A DNA stretch of 64,000 bases from Candidatus Saccharicenans sp. (lineage in GTDB: Bacteria; Acidobacteriota; Aminicenantia; Aminicenantales; Saccharicenantaceae), in assembly GCA_049719515.1 (NCBI GenBank), contig JBNARJ010000011.1:816-64815 (forward strand). The letters run 5' to 3'. The notes beneath the pieces were generated by a model that saw only the letters and a program-made list of their open reading frames with translations, did not search any database and was not told where the DNA came from. Position numbers and translations under genes: made by a program. Below are positions 1 to 10,052 of this stretch, piece after piece. Numbering within the stretch: the first letter of the stretch is position 1; every line of letters starts with the position of its first letter.

Positions 1-705
1 TTAAATTTAATTTGTTTTGGCCAGGTTAAAAAAGATGGCCGCAATGAAGTAATAGTTAACTGGGATAAAGTTAAAGAAGCCGCCAAGCGCTATGAGACTC
101 ATCCTACTCCTGAGAATGCGCTTCTTATTTTAAGGCTCATCCCGGAAGAAAGGCCAACACTTGAGATAGGGAGTGACAAGGGGCTTCAATATCTTGTAGA
201 CAATCCAGTATTTGTGGAGCATGTAGTAGAAGGAGAAGAATATATTGCCGAAGTGGCTTTTAGGCTATATACATTCGTGTTACCGGGAGATACTTTAGAA
301 ATATTGGATATTTCACTTAGTGGAATGTTGGTGAAGAAACCAGAGCTATATCTAAAGTTACTGAAAAAGTATAAGCCCCGATTTCCTTCATATAAAGACT
401 ATCCATTGATAATGATAAAAAGTTCAGGAGAAGATATAATTAGCGATGAAGATATGATAAGAGAGCTATTAAGAAGAATTAAGGTATATCAAGAGAGAAT
501 AAAAGCCTTAGAAACAGTGCAAGACCCTGAATATCTTGAATTGCGAGATGAATGTATAAAGATATTAGAAGATCAAATTAGGGAATTGCAAGAACAAATA
601 AAGAAGCTTGATAAAAGCTTTAAAAGAAACAAAGACAAATCTTATATAAAAATTGTTAAAAAAGGATATAGCAGTTTATTGAAAACACCACACGGTGGAG
701 TTTAA
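1..705 (+). CDS. Hypothetical protein, 5'-partial (frame open to window start); AT-rich, C-terminal coiled-coil-like region
   Basis: Frame 1 has no stop from nt 1 to the ATG at 214, so the ORF most likely continues upstream of the window. GC content is much lower than in flanking genes. No recognisable motifs. Confidence 0.4.
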   Translation, partial: LNLICFGQVKKDGRNEVIVNWDKVKEAAKRYETHPTPENALLILRLIPEERPTLEIGSDKGLQYLVDNPVFVEHVVEGEEYIAEVAFRLYTFVLPGDTLEILDISLSGMLVKKPELYLKLLKKYKPRFPSYKDYPLIMIKSSGEDIISDEDMIRELLRRIKVYQERIKALETVQDPEYLELRDECIKILEDQIRELQEQIKKLDKSFKRNKDKSYIKIVKKGYSSLLKTPHGGV

Positions 706-787
706 CTGGGCGTTTAGTTTTAGAGTGATGACTTAAAATAATAGTTTGGGGAAATGAGGGAGAGAGCATCGATACTGGGGGGCAAAG

Positions 788-1288
788 ATGGTGGCTGAGT
801 ACCAGCCAGACAAAGTTAACCCCCAAAAAGGCAGATACTATTACTGTACCACCGACCAGATTGGCTCAACCCGCATCGTGACGGATGACCTGGGGAATGT
901 GGTCTATGGCGCTGCTCACGACCCCTGTGCGGGGATTAAGCAAACGAAGGAAGATATCCAGCAGAATTTGGATGATAGCTTAAACTCAGAACTCAAGATA
1001 AATGTCCTTAATTCAGATATTGAGCTTTCAGTAAATGGCAATCTAAGCAGCATCAAATTTTCCGGCAAGGAGCAGGACACCGAATCAGGCCTGTATTACT
1101 TTGGTGCCCGCTATTATGACCCCACCCTCTACCGCTTCCTCAGCCCCGACCCGGTGATCCCCACCGACAAGGCCCTCTACAACGCGCAGCGGTGGAACTT
1201 GTATGGGTATTGTTTGGGTAATCCTGTAAATCTTGGGGATATTAATGGTTTCGAGCCAATTAATATATTAGTCCAAAGGCTGCAGTAA
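788..1288 (+). pseudogene. Orphan RHS/YD-repeat 'RHS repeat-associated core' C-terminal fragment (truncated, no N-terminal repeats, very short tail)
   Basis: Translation contains YYYCTTDQIGSTRIVTDDLGNVV ... GLYYFGARYYDPTLYRFLSPDPV ... NLYGYCLGNPVN, the hallmark end of the RHS core. In-frame stops lie upstream at 734 and 755, so the N-terminal repeats are absent. Only 13 aa follow the core. Confidence 0.6.
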
Positions 1289-1382
1289 TTCTCTTCTGTG
1301 AACTTAACTGGCAAAAAGTTTTTTCCTTTTGTTTTATAAAATTTACAGGTCTCAAATCCCGAATTTTTGCCAGACAGATATA

Positions 1383-1880
1383 TTAGAAAAAGACAAAGAC
1401 CAGCAGCTCGGCCACCAGGGCGGGCCGTGGGCTTCCTTCAATTTCCATCGTATTTTCAATCTTAATCAGCCAGCGTCTGAAGCCTTTTCGTCTGATTTCC
1501 TTGAGCACGGCCCGGTTTCTGATACGGTCTCCAGGTCTGACCGGCGTAATAAACCTGATACGGTCCAGGCCATAATTAAAAAGCATTTTGACTTTAATTC
1601 TGGCCAGGGGCGATTGGGCCAGAAAATAGGGCAGAAGCGACAGCAGCAAAAAGCCGTGGGCGATGGTGCTCTTTAGCGGGCTTCTGGCCGCCTTTTCTGG
1701 GTCGACGTGAATCCACTGGTGGTCTTCAGTACAGTCGGCAAAAGCGTTAATCCTTTCCTGCGTCATCGTTAACCAGTCTGAGACACAAAATTCCTGGCCA
1801 AGCATTTTCTTAAGCTCCCTTGGCCTTATTTTTTTATCTTCCTTTTCTGAGATTGAGCTTGCCTGAATTTCTTCTGACAT
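1383..1880 (-). CDS. MaoC-like (hotdog fold) dehydratase
   Basis: 165 aa with MaoC/NodN-like motifs (HxD ... PLKSTIAHGFLLLSLL, GDRI). It is preferred over the antisense ORF 1329..1676. Confidence 0.55.
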   Translation of the reverse strand: MSEEIQASSISEKEDKKIRPRELKKMLGQEFCVSDWLTMTQERINAFADCTEDHQWIHVDPEKAARSPLKSTIAHGFLLLSLLPYFLAQSPLARIKVKMLFNYGLDRIRFITPVRPGDRIRNRAVLKEIRRKGFRRWLIKIENTMEIEGSPRPALVAELLVFVFF

Positions 1881-2305
1881 TTTCGCCTCCCGTGCTGGAT
1901 TTGGGCTCTACCTCAACCAAATAATTTTCGTGGTGATAAGGGCCCGGATAATATGCCCCTCAGATTTCTGAAATCATTTGAGCTTATTTCCATATCTTCC
2001 ATATTTTAGGGTAAATTAAATAATTCAACCTAAATAAAAAAATAACCGATATATATTTTTTTCTCAAGATTTTTGTAATTTCTTTTTTATGCTCAGAAGC
2101 ATGGCTAAAAAGAAGATAAATAACAGGCAGAAGAAGCTCTAATATCTCGATATTATTTTAAAATCCACTATTAAACGAGGAAAATTCAAGGCATTAAGTT
2201 TTAATAAGACCATGGCCGTTAATGCAGGCCCAGACTGAGGCCTGAAAATTCTGTGCGCTGTCAATATTTGTTAACCGGCCCACAAGCTCTTTCTATGGCT
2301 GTTAA

Positions 2306-5300
2306 TCAAGAAATTTCTTCCAGAAATTTTTCCTTGATTTCCTTAATTCGGGCTGCCAGCCTCTTGGCGCTTACCGGAAAAGCGGTTTTTATTTCCGGGG
2401 CAAATACTGAAATTTTTAACTCTTCAATCATCCACCGCAGCTCCACAAGCAATTTATCTTTTTCCGGATTGGAAGTCCGATTGGCCAGCTTAATCAGGTA
2501 TTCGTAATCGGCCAGGAATGGTTCCACCTGGGCGGCTTTAGCCCGGTCCTTTTCAGCGGAAAGCCGGGCTCTCTCAGCCCTCAACCCCAGCGCTTCCACC
2601 ATCCTCGGTAACCGGGTTAAAAATTCAAGAGGATAAATTTCCAGAAAATTCCTCGGCACGAGTTGTTCAAGTTCTTCTTTGAGCGTCTCGGGCAAGCTGG
2701 AACTTACCTTCATTTTCTTCCTGGTTTCTTCCATCTCCCGGATGATATTCCTGGTTTTGAGGTATTCCTCGAGAATTTCCTGCACGGCGGCAAAAACCTG
2801 ATGGCCTTTTTCAAAAAGCAGCTTTAAGGCTTTTTCCTGGATGAAAATCTGTAAATCCTCTCTCTTTCTAAAATTCTGCTGAAAAACTTCTCTTTTAATC
2901 CTGGCCATAATAGCCTGCTTAAAATTACTTTCTCCGCCAAAGAGAAGCATCAACGGTTTGACCGATTCGGGGAAAGAATAATTTCTCTGGATAAAGTTCA
3001 AGTCTTTTTCAAACTGCCTGGAGAGAAGCGCTTCAATCGCCTGGAGATGTGACTGCCTGGCCTGTTCTGGATTTTTGAAAAGCCTGACGGCTAACTTTCC
3101 TGCCTCTATGGATAAAGCCGGGTAACCTTTAAGAAAGTTATCTATGGCCACTTCTTCGGGAATCTCGGGAATTTCTTCGCTCCAGCTACTTAGCCCTTCT
3201 TTTTCCCATTTTTCCCGGGCTTCCTGCCAACCGGGCGATTCTTCTTCCGCCGGCCGTCTGACTTTCTGGCTGAGCATTTTTTTCAAAAACTCAAGGTCGC
3301 GTCCGCTCAGAATTTCCTGACCATTTTCGTCGACAATAGAAATGCGCATTTTTAGATAGCGCGGTATCTCCAGCTTGTCCCAGACTGCTTTGGGAATATC
3401 CAGCCCGAACTTGGTCTTTATCAATCCGGCGACGGCCTTAAAGAAAGAAATGCCTGAAGGTTTCAGCTCTTGAGCCAGCATTTCAGCCTTTTCTGAAACC
3501 GGCTGCAATAATTTTCTGTAATCTTTGGGCAGGGCTTTGATGATGGCTTCAATTTTTTCTTTTAGCATTCCCGGAACTGGCCAGGTCAGCAATTCCTCGG
3601 GCACGGCGGCAATTAAGCTTTTGGGAATGATGATGGTTACCCCGTCATCCTCTTCGCCCGGATTAAACCTGTACCTCAGCTTGTAGGTATGTCCGAGGAT
3701 TTTAACTTCATCCGGGTAAAGTTTTAAAACCTCGGGTTGGGGACACGTCAGATAAAGATTTTCCTCTTTAAATCGGAGGAAATCGTCGCTTCCGGCATTC
3801 TTTATTCGTCTCTCGAGGCCCTCAACGTTATAGATGCCTTCCAGCCTTCCCGAGTAGAAATCGAACAGATAACTATCAGGAACGAGGATATTTTTCTGGC
3901 GCAGTTTATCTTCGAGCGTCCGAACCTTCTCGACCAGCGCCCGGTTGTGTTCCAGGAAGGGGAAAGTTCGGTTGAGGCGAAAATTAATCAGAGCTTCTTC
4001 CACGAATATTTCGTGGGCAATTTTGGGGTCCTGCCGTCCAAAGGGAACATCGCGGCCGGAGATTATTGTCAGGTTGAAGGCGCTGACTCTTTCTTTTGCC
4101 CTCACCTCTCCGCGGTTGGGGTCCCAGTACGGGTCTTCGTATGAATAACGACAGAGGTGGGGTGCCAATTCCTCGACCCAGGCTGGGTTTATCCTGGCCG
4201 CCGTCCTCAGATACAGCCGGTTCGTGCGAACGAGCTCTGCCGCCACTACCCAGCTGGCCTGTTTTTTAAACAAAGCTGAGCCGGGCCAGAGCATGGCTTC
4301 ATGACCGCGGGCCACTTCATAAATGTTTTTCTCCCTGTGGGCAGCGATGTGGGAAATAAAGCCGGAAAGAATTGATTTGTGAATCGAGGTGTAGCGGTCA
4401 GCCGGGGCGGAGGGCTTTGTCTGGCCGCGGCCGGTTGAGAATTTTACTTTTTGTTCTTCCAGAATTTCTGCAATCTGGTCGCGCGTAAACTGCCATTCCC
4501 GAAGCCGGTTATAGGAAAGAAAATAATCGCGGGCAAATTTTTTCAACCCGGCACTGCCGGCTTCGCCCGAGGTGGCTTCTTTCATGGCCTGCCAGAGGTT
4601 GAGGAAAGTCAGAAAATCAGATTCGCTGTCCTGGAATACCGATTGTGCCCGGTCGGCATCAGCCGCTCGCTCCAGCGGTCGGAGTCTTGGGTCCTGAATG
4701 CTCAGGGCGGCCGCGATTATTATCATTTCTTCTAAGCAATCTCTCTTCTCTGCTTCCAGGAGCATCCTCGAAAGACGCGGGTCGAGCGGCAGGCGAGCCA
4801 TTCTTTTTCCGAGCGGGGTGAGCTTGTAACCGGCTTCAGTTTTTTCCACCGCGCCGAGTTCTACCAGCGTCCGGTAGCCGTCCTGGAGCCCGCGGCTTGA
4901 GGGCTGGTCGAGGAAAGGAAATTTTTGCGGCTCACCTAACTCGAGGTCAAGCATGCGCAGAATGACTTCGGCCAGGTTGCTGCGAAGGATTTCTGGCGGG
5001 GTATGGTCCGGACGGGCAAGGTAATCTTCCCTGGAATAAAGCCTGAGGCACAGGCCGGCGCTCACCCGACCGCACCTTCCCTTGCGCTGCTCGGCGCTCG
5101 CCTTAGAGATGGGCAGAATGGGCAGGCTGTGGATGCCCGAGGAAGGCTGGTACATCGAAAGACGGGCCAGCCCGGTATCCACCACATAACGGATGCCCGG
5201 AATGGTCAGCGATGTTTCCGCTACATTTGTAGCCACCACAATTTTACTCTGTCGCGTTTCGTAAATTTGCCTCTGCTGATGAGCTGGCAAACGGGCAAAA

Positions 5301-6334
5301 AGGGGCAGGATGACGGAGTTGTATTTTTTACCCTGGAGCTTCTGGCAGGTTTCCATGATGTCCTGTTCGGTCGGCATAAACACCAGGATATCTCCGGGCG
5401 GCTTTTCTTTTTTCAGATAATCCACGGCTTCCACCGCCAGGTCCACGTAGTCTGGTTCTTCTTTTTTCGAGCCGGTCCTGCTGCTTTCAAAATACATAAC
5501 TTCCACCGGGTAAAGCCGGCCGCTGACCTGGAAAACTGGCGGATGGATAAAAGCTTCGATAAACTTTTCCACTTCCAGCGTGGCTGAAGTAATAATCAGT
5601 TTAAGCTCCGGTCTTTTTTCCAGCAAGCGGCGGCAGAGCCCGATGAGAAAATCGATGTTGAGGCTTCGTTCGTGAGCTTCATCGATGATAATGGTATCGT
5701 ATTCTGTTAGCAGACGGTCACCCTGGGTTTCTGCCAGAAGCATTCCGTCAGTGAGGATTTTTATGTAAGAATCGGGTGAGGTGCGGTCCTGGAAGCGAAT
5801 CTTGTAGCCAACGGCCTGGCCGAGTGGCTGACGCAATTCCTCGGCAATTCTCATGGCAATGGTCATGGCGGCTAAGCGCCTGGGCTGGGTGCAGGCAATC
5901 TTCCCGGCCACACCCTGGCCGGCTTCCAGGCACATTTTAGGAAGCTGGGTGCTCTTACCGCAGCCGGTTTCGCCGGAAATGATCACCACGCGATTTTCCC
6001 TGATAGCCTGCACGATTTCCCGCCGGTGCCTGACAATGGGAAGTTCATAGGGGTAGGAAAGGGCTGGTTTTCGGCCTTGACGGGTTCTTTTTTCTTCAGC
6101 CGATTTTTCTAACTGCTGCTTCAGCCGCTTCAAGATGTTGACGGCTTTGGCCGGTTGGCGGCGTGGCAGGCTGGAACTGAGGAGCTGAACAAGTTTTTCC
6201 CGGATGCGGTATGAATCCCGGAGCATGGCTTCAGGCAGAAGTCTGGAGATTTCCTGGCGAAGGACCTGCAGCTGGCTGCGGTCCGGGGCTATGGCTTCTT
6301 TGCTTTCTTCTTTTTTAGTTCGGTCCGGGCCCAT
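2306..6334 (-). CDS. hrpA: ATP-dependent RNA helicase HrpA (DEAH-box)
   Basis: 1342 aa. Walker A GETGCGKSTQLP, a DEAH motif (IIIDEAHERS), and helicase C-terminal and HA2/OB-like regions. The size matches HrpA. Confidence 0.9.
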   Translation of the reverse strand: MGPDRTKKEESKEAIAPDRSQLQVLRQEISRLLPEAMLRDSYRIREKLVQLLSSSLPRRQPAKAVNILKRLKQQLEKSAEEKRTRQGRKPALSYPYELPIVRHRREIVQAIRENRVVIISGETGCGKSTQLPKMCLEAGQGVAGKIACTQPRRLAAMTIAMRIAEELRQPLGQAVGYKIRFQDRTSPDSYIKILTDGMLLAETQGDRLLTEYDTIIIDEAHERSLNIDFLIGLCRRLLEKRPELKLIITSATLEVEKFIEAFIHPPVFQVSGRLYPVEVMYFESSRTGSKKEEPDYVDLAVEAVDYLKKEKPPGDILVFMPTEQDIMETCQKLQGKKYNSVILPLFARLPAHQQRQIYETRQSKIVVATNVAETSLTIPGIRYVVDTGLARLSMYQPSSGIHSLPILPISKASAEQRKGRCGRVSAGLCLRLYSREDYLARPDHTPPEILRSNLAEVILRMLDLELGEPQKFPFLDQPSSRGLQDGYRTLVELGAVEKTEAGYKLTPLGKRMARLPLDPRLSRMLLEAEKRDCLEEMIIIAAALSIQDPRLRPLERAADADRAQSVFQDSESDFLTFLNLWQAMKEATSGEAGSAGLKKFARDYFLSYNRLREWQFTRDQIAEILEEQKVKFSTGRGQTKPSAPADRYTSIHKSILSGFISHIAAHREKNIYEVARGHEAMLWPGSALFKKQASWVVAAELVRTNRLYLRTAARINPAWVEELAPHLCRYSYEDPYWDPNRGEVRAKERVSAFNLTIISGRDVPFGRQDPKIAHEIFVEEALINFRLNRTFPFLEHNRALVEKVRTLEDKLRQKNILVPDSYLFDFYSGRLEGIYNVEGLERRIKNAGSDDFLRFKEENLYLTCPQPEVLKLYPDEVKILGHTYKLRYRFNPGEEDDGVTIIIPKSLIAAVPEELLTWPVPGMLKEKIEAIIKALPKDYRKLLQPVSEKAEMLAQELKPSGISFFKAVAGLIKTKFGLDIPKAVWDKLEIPRYLKMRISIVDENGQEILSGRDLEFLKKMLSQKVRRPAEEESPGWQEAREKWEKEGLSSWSEEIPEIPEEVAIDNFLKGYPALSIEAGKLAVRLFKNPEQARQSHLQAIEALLSRQFEKDLNFIQRNYSFPESVKPLMLLFGGESNFKQAIMARIKREVFQQNFRKREDLQIFIQEKALKLLFEKGHQVFAAVQEILEEYLKTRNIIREMEETRKKMKVSSSLPETLKEELEQLVPRNFLEIYPLEFLTRLPRMVEALGLRAERARLSAEKDRAKAAQVEPFLADYEYLIKLANRTSNPEKDKLLVELRWMIEELKISVFAPEIKTAFPVSAKRLAARIKEIKEKFLEEIS

Positions 6335-6536
6335 TTTACCGTGCCTTCCAGCAACTAAATTTTATCTTATTTTCTATTTAACCGATATAGAAAGAGACGG
6401 CAAGAATTGCCGGGGAAAAAATAAATCATCTTCGGCAGAAATCTGGAAAATGGTGAAAAACAGGTCTTGATGCGGTCTGCGCCGGGCAGACCTAAGCTCG
6501 TGGTCAGGGTGAGGTTTTAACTGAACAATTTTGTTG

Positions 6537-7439
6537 TCAATAAATGGTGGCGGCGCAGGCCCTGTCCACGCTCTGGACAAGTGCGGTGTCGCAATAATCG
6601 GCATAAGGATACATGATGGAATCGGTACAGTCGTTGTGGTCAAGACCTATGGCATGGCCGAATTCATGGGCGGCAATCACGCTCAGATAGAAGCCGCTGT
6701 TGCAGGCTGAGGTACAATTCCCGTCAAAGCTGAAGTATTTCCAGCCGTCGTAGAACATCATGTCGAATTCTATGATTTGTCCTGTTGTCCGGTTGTACCA
6801 GGTGTAGGTGACGGCGATGGTGCTGCCCCCCTTGGCCTTTCTGAAGAAAACTATGTTCTGATAATCCTGCCGCACCTTGGTCATGGAGGTGGTGCCGGCA
6901 ATTACCAGGTTGAACACGGGCTGCCAGCTGCCTGAACCGCGGTCGATCTCCGAGTAGGTGCAGGCGGAAGTCATGTCATTGCAATTCGGGTTGAGGTAGA
7001 AAGAAGTGGTGTTTTGTGGCCATTTGGCGAAGGTGGCACAGCATTCAGTTTGAGGCTTGGCTTCGGGTTTTATTTTTTCCTGTTTTATAAGTTTATAAAC
7101 GGCGTTCAGCTTTTTTAAGTACAGTCTGTGGACCTGGCCCTTCTTGAAAACCGGCGTATTGGAGACCCGCAGGCCCATCTCGCCGACCTCACCGCCTTCA
7201 ACTGAGAAAGAGATGAACTTCTCGGCCCGGCCCTTGAGCTCTTTGTCCACCCTGACGGTAACCCGGCTGAAGATCAGGTAATCACCGTACTCGTTGTAGT
7301 CGTAATAGCCTTCAACCCCGGTCACCTCTCCCACCAGGATATGGGTGGCTTCTTCTGAATCCCGAACTGTCCTGTCGGCCAGCCCGGGGAAGACCAGGAG
7401 AAAAACAAAGATAAATACCAGGATAGCCAGCTTTTTCAT
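6537..7439 (-). CDS. Secreted zinc metalloprotease, matrixin-like metzincin (M10-like)
   Basis: HEFGHAIGLDH (the HExxHxxGxxH metzincin zinc site) followed by SIMYP (Met-turn). The listed ORF (to 7493) opens on an in-frame upstream TTG; the ATG for M19 (MKKLAIL) has a strong SD (GGAAGGAGGG) and begins a signal peptide, so the start is placed at about 7439. Confidence 0.7.
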   Translation of the reverse strand: MKKLAILVFIFVFLLVFPGLADRTVRDSEEATHILVGEVTGVEGYYDYNEYGDYLIFSRVTVRVDKELKGRAEKFISFSVEGGEVGEMGLRVSNTPVFKKGQVHRLYLKKLNAVYKLIKQEKIKPEAKPQTECCATFAKWPQNTTSFYLNPNCNDMTSACTYSEIDRGSGSWQPVFNLVIAGTTSMTKVRQDYQNIVFFRKAKGGSTIAVTYTWYNRTTGQIIEFDMMFYDGWKYFSFDGNCTSACNSGFYLSVIAAHEFGHAIGLDHNDCTDSIMYPYADYCDTALVQSVDRACAATIY

Positions 7440-7520
7440 GGCGCTTCCCTCCTTCCTGATTTTTCTATATTCCAGGCCGCCCTGGAATGTCAAGTGAAAT
7501 AAATCTTCGGTAAGATTTAG

Positions 7521-8366
7521 CTATATCGGAATGGATTTGGCGCGCGGGTGAAGAATAGCCCGAAGGACGAGAGCCAGCAGAATTATGACCAGGCCGGCGA
7601 GGGCAGCTATCTCCACCACCCGGTCAGAGGCGGCGGTATCCTGGGTTCTCTTGTAAAGAATTCCGAAAAGGGCCCAAATAACCGTTAAGCCATAAAGCAG
7701 GTCCCTCTTCTTTAAGACGATGATGAGGGTCAAAATTAAAATCAGGGCCAGAACACCAACCGTCCAGAATTGCGGGCTGAGGCCAAACCCATTCCAGCCA
7801 TAGCGGACCAGAACGGCCGTCGTATTGGCCACGGTGGCCACGGAAATCCAGGCTAAGTAGATGCTGAATGGCAGCTTAGCCGGGAACTTATCCAATCTCT
7901 TTTCTTCGTATGGCCTCCGGTCGAGTTTTTGGTAAATAATTATCAGAAGAACCAGCAGCAAAACCATTATCGTTAAAGACCAGGCAAGTTGCTGAAAATG
8001 CCAGGCAAAAATCCAGCCGGCATTGGCCAGGCAGGTCAGAAAAAACAGCAGCCCGACTTTTTTAAAAGCCGGGAAAACTTCCTGTCCGGTAATGGCCTGC
8101 TTCAGCGAAAAGAAGACAAAAACTCCCAAAAGAATGTAGATCACTCCCCAGATGGAGAAAGTAAAGCCGGCCGGCACGAACAGGTTGGGGTATTTATCTG
8201 AAAGCTCGCCGGTAGTCAGATGGTTTAGGGGCAGAGCATTGGCCAGGTAGTTGATGGTCACCATAATCAAAAAGCCAACCAGGTTGAACCAGGCTAACCA
8301 GTTACCGGCTTTTTTCTTTCTTATCTCTGTTGGTTGCCCCCGTAAGAAAGCCTGCGTTCCTTCCAT
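7521..8366 (-). CDS. Polytopic integral membrane protein, Trp-rich (possibly TspO/MBR-related)
   Basis: 281 aa with around 7 predicted hydrophobic helices and many Trp residues. Only a weak resemblance to the TspO signature (PAGFTFSIWGVIYILLG). Confidence 0.35.
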   Translation of the reverse strand: MEGTQAFLRGQPTEIRKKKAGNWLAWFNLVGFLIMVTINYLANALPLNHLTTGELSDKYPNLFVPAGFTFSIWGVIYILLGVFVFFSLKQAITGQEVFPAFKKVGLLFFLTCLANAGWIFAWHFQQLAWSLTIMVLLLVLLIIIYQKLDRRPYEEKRLDKFPAKLPFSIYLAWISVATVANTTAVLVRYGWNGFGLSPQFWTVGVLALILILTLIIVLKKRDLLYGLTVIWALFGILYKRTQDTAASDRVVEIAALAGLVIILLALVLRAILHPRAKSIPI

Positions 8367-8481
8367 TTTGCCCTCCTAAAGGTTTTTGACCAAAATCTCA
8401 GGCCATAAGAAATTTTATTTTATTCTTTATTTTTTTAAAACAATTTGTTAGGCCGTCTGTCAGCTCAGCCCGCTTCCTTAA

Positions 8482-8522
8482 AAAAATCGGGACACACTAT
8501 ATTTTTCCTATTTTTTCTTGCC
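8482..8522 (+). repeat. Solo copy of dispersed intergenic repeat (core AAAAATCGGGACACACTATATTTTTCCTATTTTTT)
   Basis: Near-identical over about 38 bp to the 13465 copy. Intergenic. Confidence 0.6.
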
Positions 8523-8644
8523 ATCATTAGGTTGATATTAATACCGGACACCATTCATTTTCCCAAGGGGTCACTAATTCTTCGCTTTATCCAAATTATG
8601 CCCATTAATAAATATGAAGTTCATATTGGTAAACCAAGAATTGA

Positions 8645-9718
8645 TTATTTCTCATTTACAACGCAGCGGATAAGCTTCGGGTATACTTCTTGAGTGGCGA
8701 AATAGAGTTTTCCCTGGTAATCGCAGGCTTTTAGCTGGCCCGGAAGCTTCAGGTTTCCCACCTGTTTTCCGTTAAGAAAAAGGTCAGCCAGGCTTTCCTG
8801 GTTCTTGTATGAGTCAATATAAACAAGCAGGTGTTTTCCGGCGGGAAGAATTACTGCTGCGGTGGAAATAAAAGCCCGCCCCCTCCGGGTCAAAGGCTCG
8901 TAAATCTCACTGGAACCGGTCAGGGTGGACTCGAGCTTTTTATCCTTGAATACCAGGATTTCGTAACGGTAGGGATTAAAGACAAAAATCTGACCGTCTT
9001 TGGAAGCAGAAAAAAGCAATGGTGCCCCGAACATGGGCATCATCTTCATCGGTTCAAATTCCTTGGGAACAGCCAGCAGGTCACCGAAGGAGCCAAGAAC
9101 CTGACCTTCAGAATTGAAAACATGGAGAATCTTTCCCTCATTCGGACCTATGCCAATTATTTCCTCCCCGCCTGCCGACCTGATACAACTGATTTGAAAA
9201 CTGACCCTAAAAGTGCGCAGGTAATTTCCGGCTGCATCATAGATAATCATCTTCCGGTCGCCGTTGAGAAAAAGCTGGCCGGAGGCGGTTACCGCCATTC
9301 CGCTTATCTGGTTCAGTTCCTGCGGCCCCTGACCTTCTGGCACGTCGATTTTGCGCAGGAACTTTCCATTCTGGTCAAAAATTTTTACCTGCCGATTCTT
9401 GAAATCGACCACGTAGATATTCCCTCTGGCGTCTGTATCAACATAATTGATAGAACCAAACATTGGATTTTCGTCTCCGCTTTCCCCGCCTATGGTCAGC
9501 TCCGGAATTAATTTTAATGGGGGCTCGTCTTTATTCACGGAGGCCAGACCCGGTTTTATGGCCAGAAGAAATAATGACAGCAATAGCATCAGAAAAACAA
9601 GTGACGGGCAGAAGCCATAGCGGATGAAAGCAGTTCGGCCAGCCAGAGAAAAGGCATTTGGAGATTTTTGTGACCTAAAAATAGGGAAGTTTTCGGTTAG
9701 CCTTTTGTCCATGTTCAA
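8645..9718 (-). CDS. NHL-repeat (six-bladed beta-propeller) protein with N-terminal membrane anchor
   Basis: An N-terminal hydrophobic segment, then repeated G.IYVVD...V..FD..G blocks typical of NHL repeats. Confidence 0.55.
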   Translation of the reverse strand: MNMDKRLTENFPIFRSQKSPNAFSLAGRTAFIRYGFCPSLVFLMLLLSLFLLAIKPGLASVNKDEPPLKLIPELTIGGESGDENPMFGSINYVDTDARGNIYVVDFKNRQVKIFDQNGKFLRKIDVPEGQGPQELNQISGMAVTASGQLFLNGDRKMIIYDAAGNYLRTFRVSFQISCIRSAGGEEIIGIGPNEGKILHVFNSEGQVLGSFGDLLAVPKEFEPMKMMPMFGAPLLFSASKDGQIFVFNPYRYEILVFKDKKLESTLTGSSEIYEPLTRRGRAFISTAAVILPAGKHLLVYIDSYKNQESLADLFLNGKQVGNLKLPGQLKACDYQGKLYFATQEVYPKLIRCVVNEK

Positions 9719-10052
9719 CCCTCCCTCTGAAATTTTACTTAAATTTTAAATTAAAAGGCAAAAAATTGATTTTTATGGAAAGTAGCCGGCCCACCGGCTG
9801 ACAGAAGAAATCTTTTCTGCTATACTTTACCACCTGTTTAAAGAAATTGTGGCGATAAGGACAATACAGGAAAAAATACAGCAAACCTAAATTTCGCAAG
9901 ACCGTTTGGCTGTTGAAGCAAATCTCGACCACGGGTAAGAATCGGTTGTAATTTTTTGTTCAGCCAAAATCAAAATCTGCGGTAATCCTGAAAAAGAACA
10001 AAGCATCCCGGAAAGTCAAATTTAGCCAAGCCTTATCCCGGAGGAAAAGAAG

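Noticed and set aside
1329-1676. 115-aa ORF on the + strand
   Set aside because: Entirely antisense to the better-supported MaoC-like dehydratase gene (1383..1880 -). It lacks motifs and is likely a shadow ORF.
3737-5587. Several + strand ORFs (135, 67, 94 and 194 aa) inside the hrpA region
   Set aside because: All lie antisense within the 1342-aa HrpA coding sequence, which has unambiguous helicase motifs.
9325-9345. TGGCACG-N5-TTTTGCG sigma-54-like motif
   Set aside because: The spacing is off by one. It also lies inside, and antisense to, the NHL-repeat protein coding sequence.
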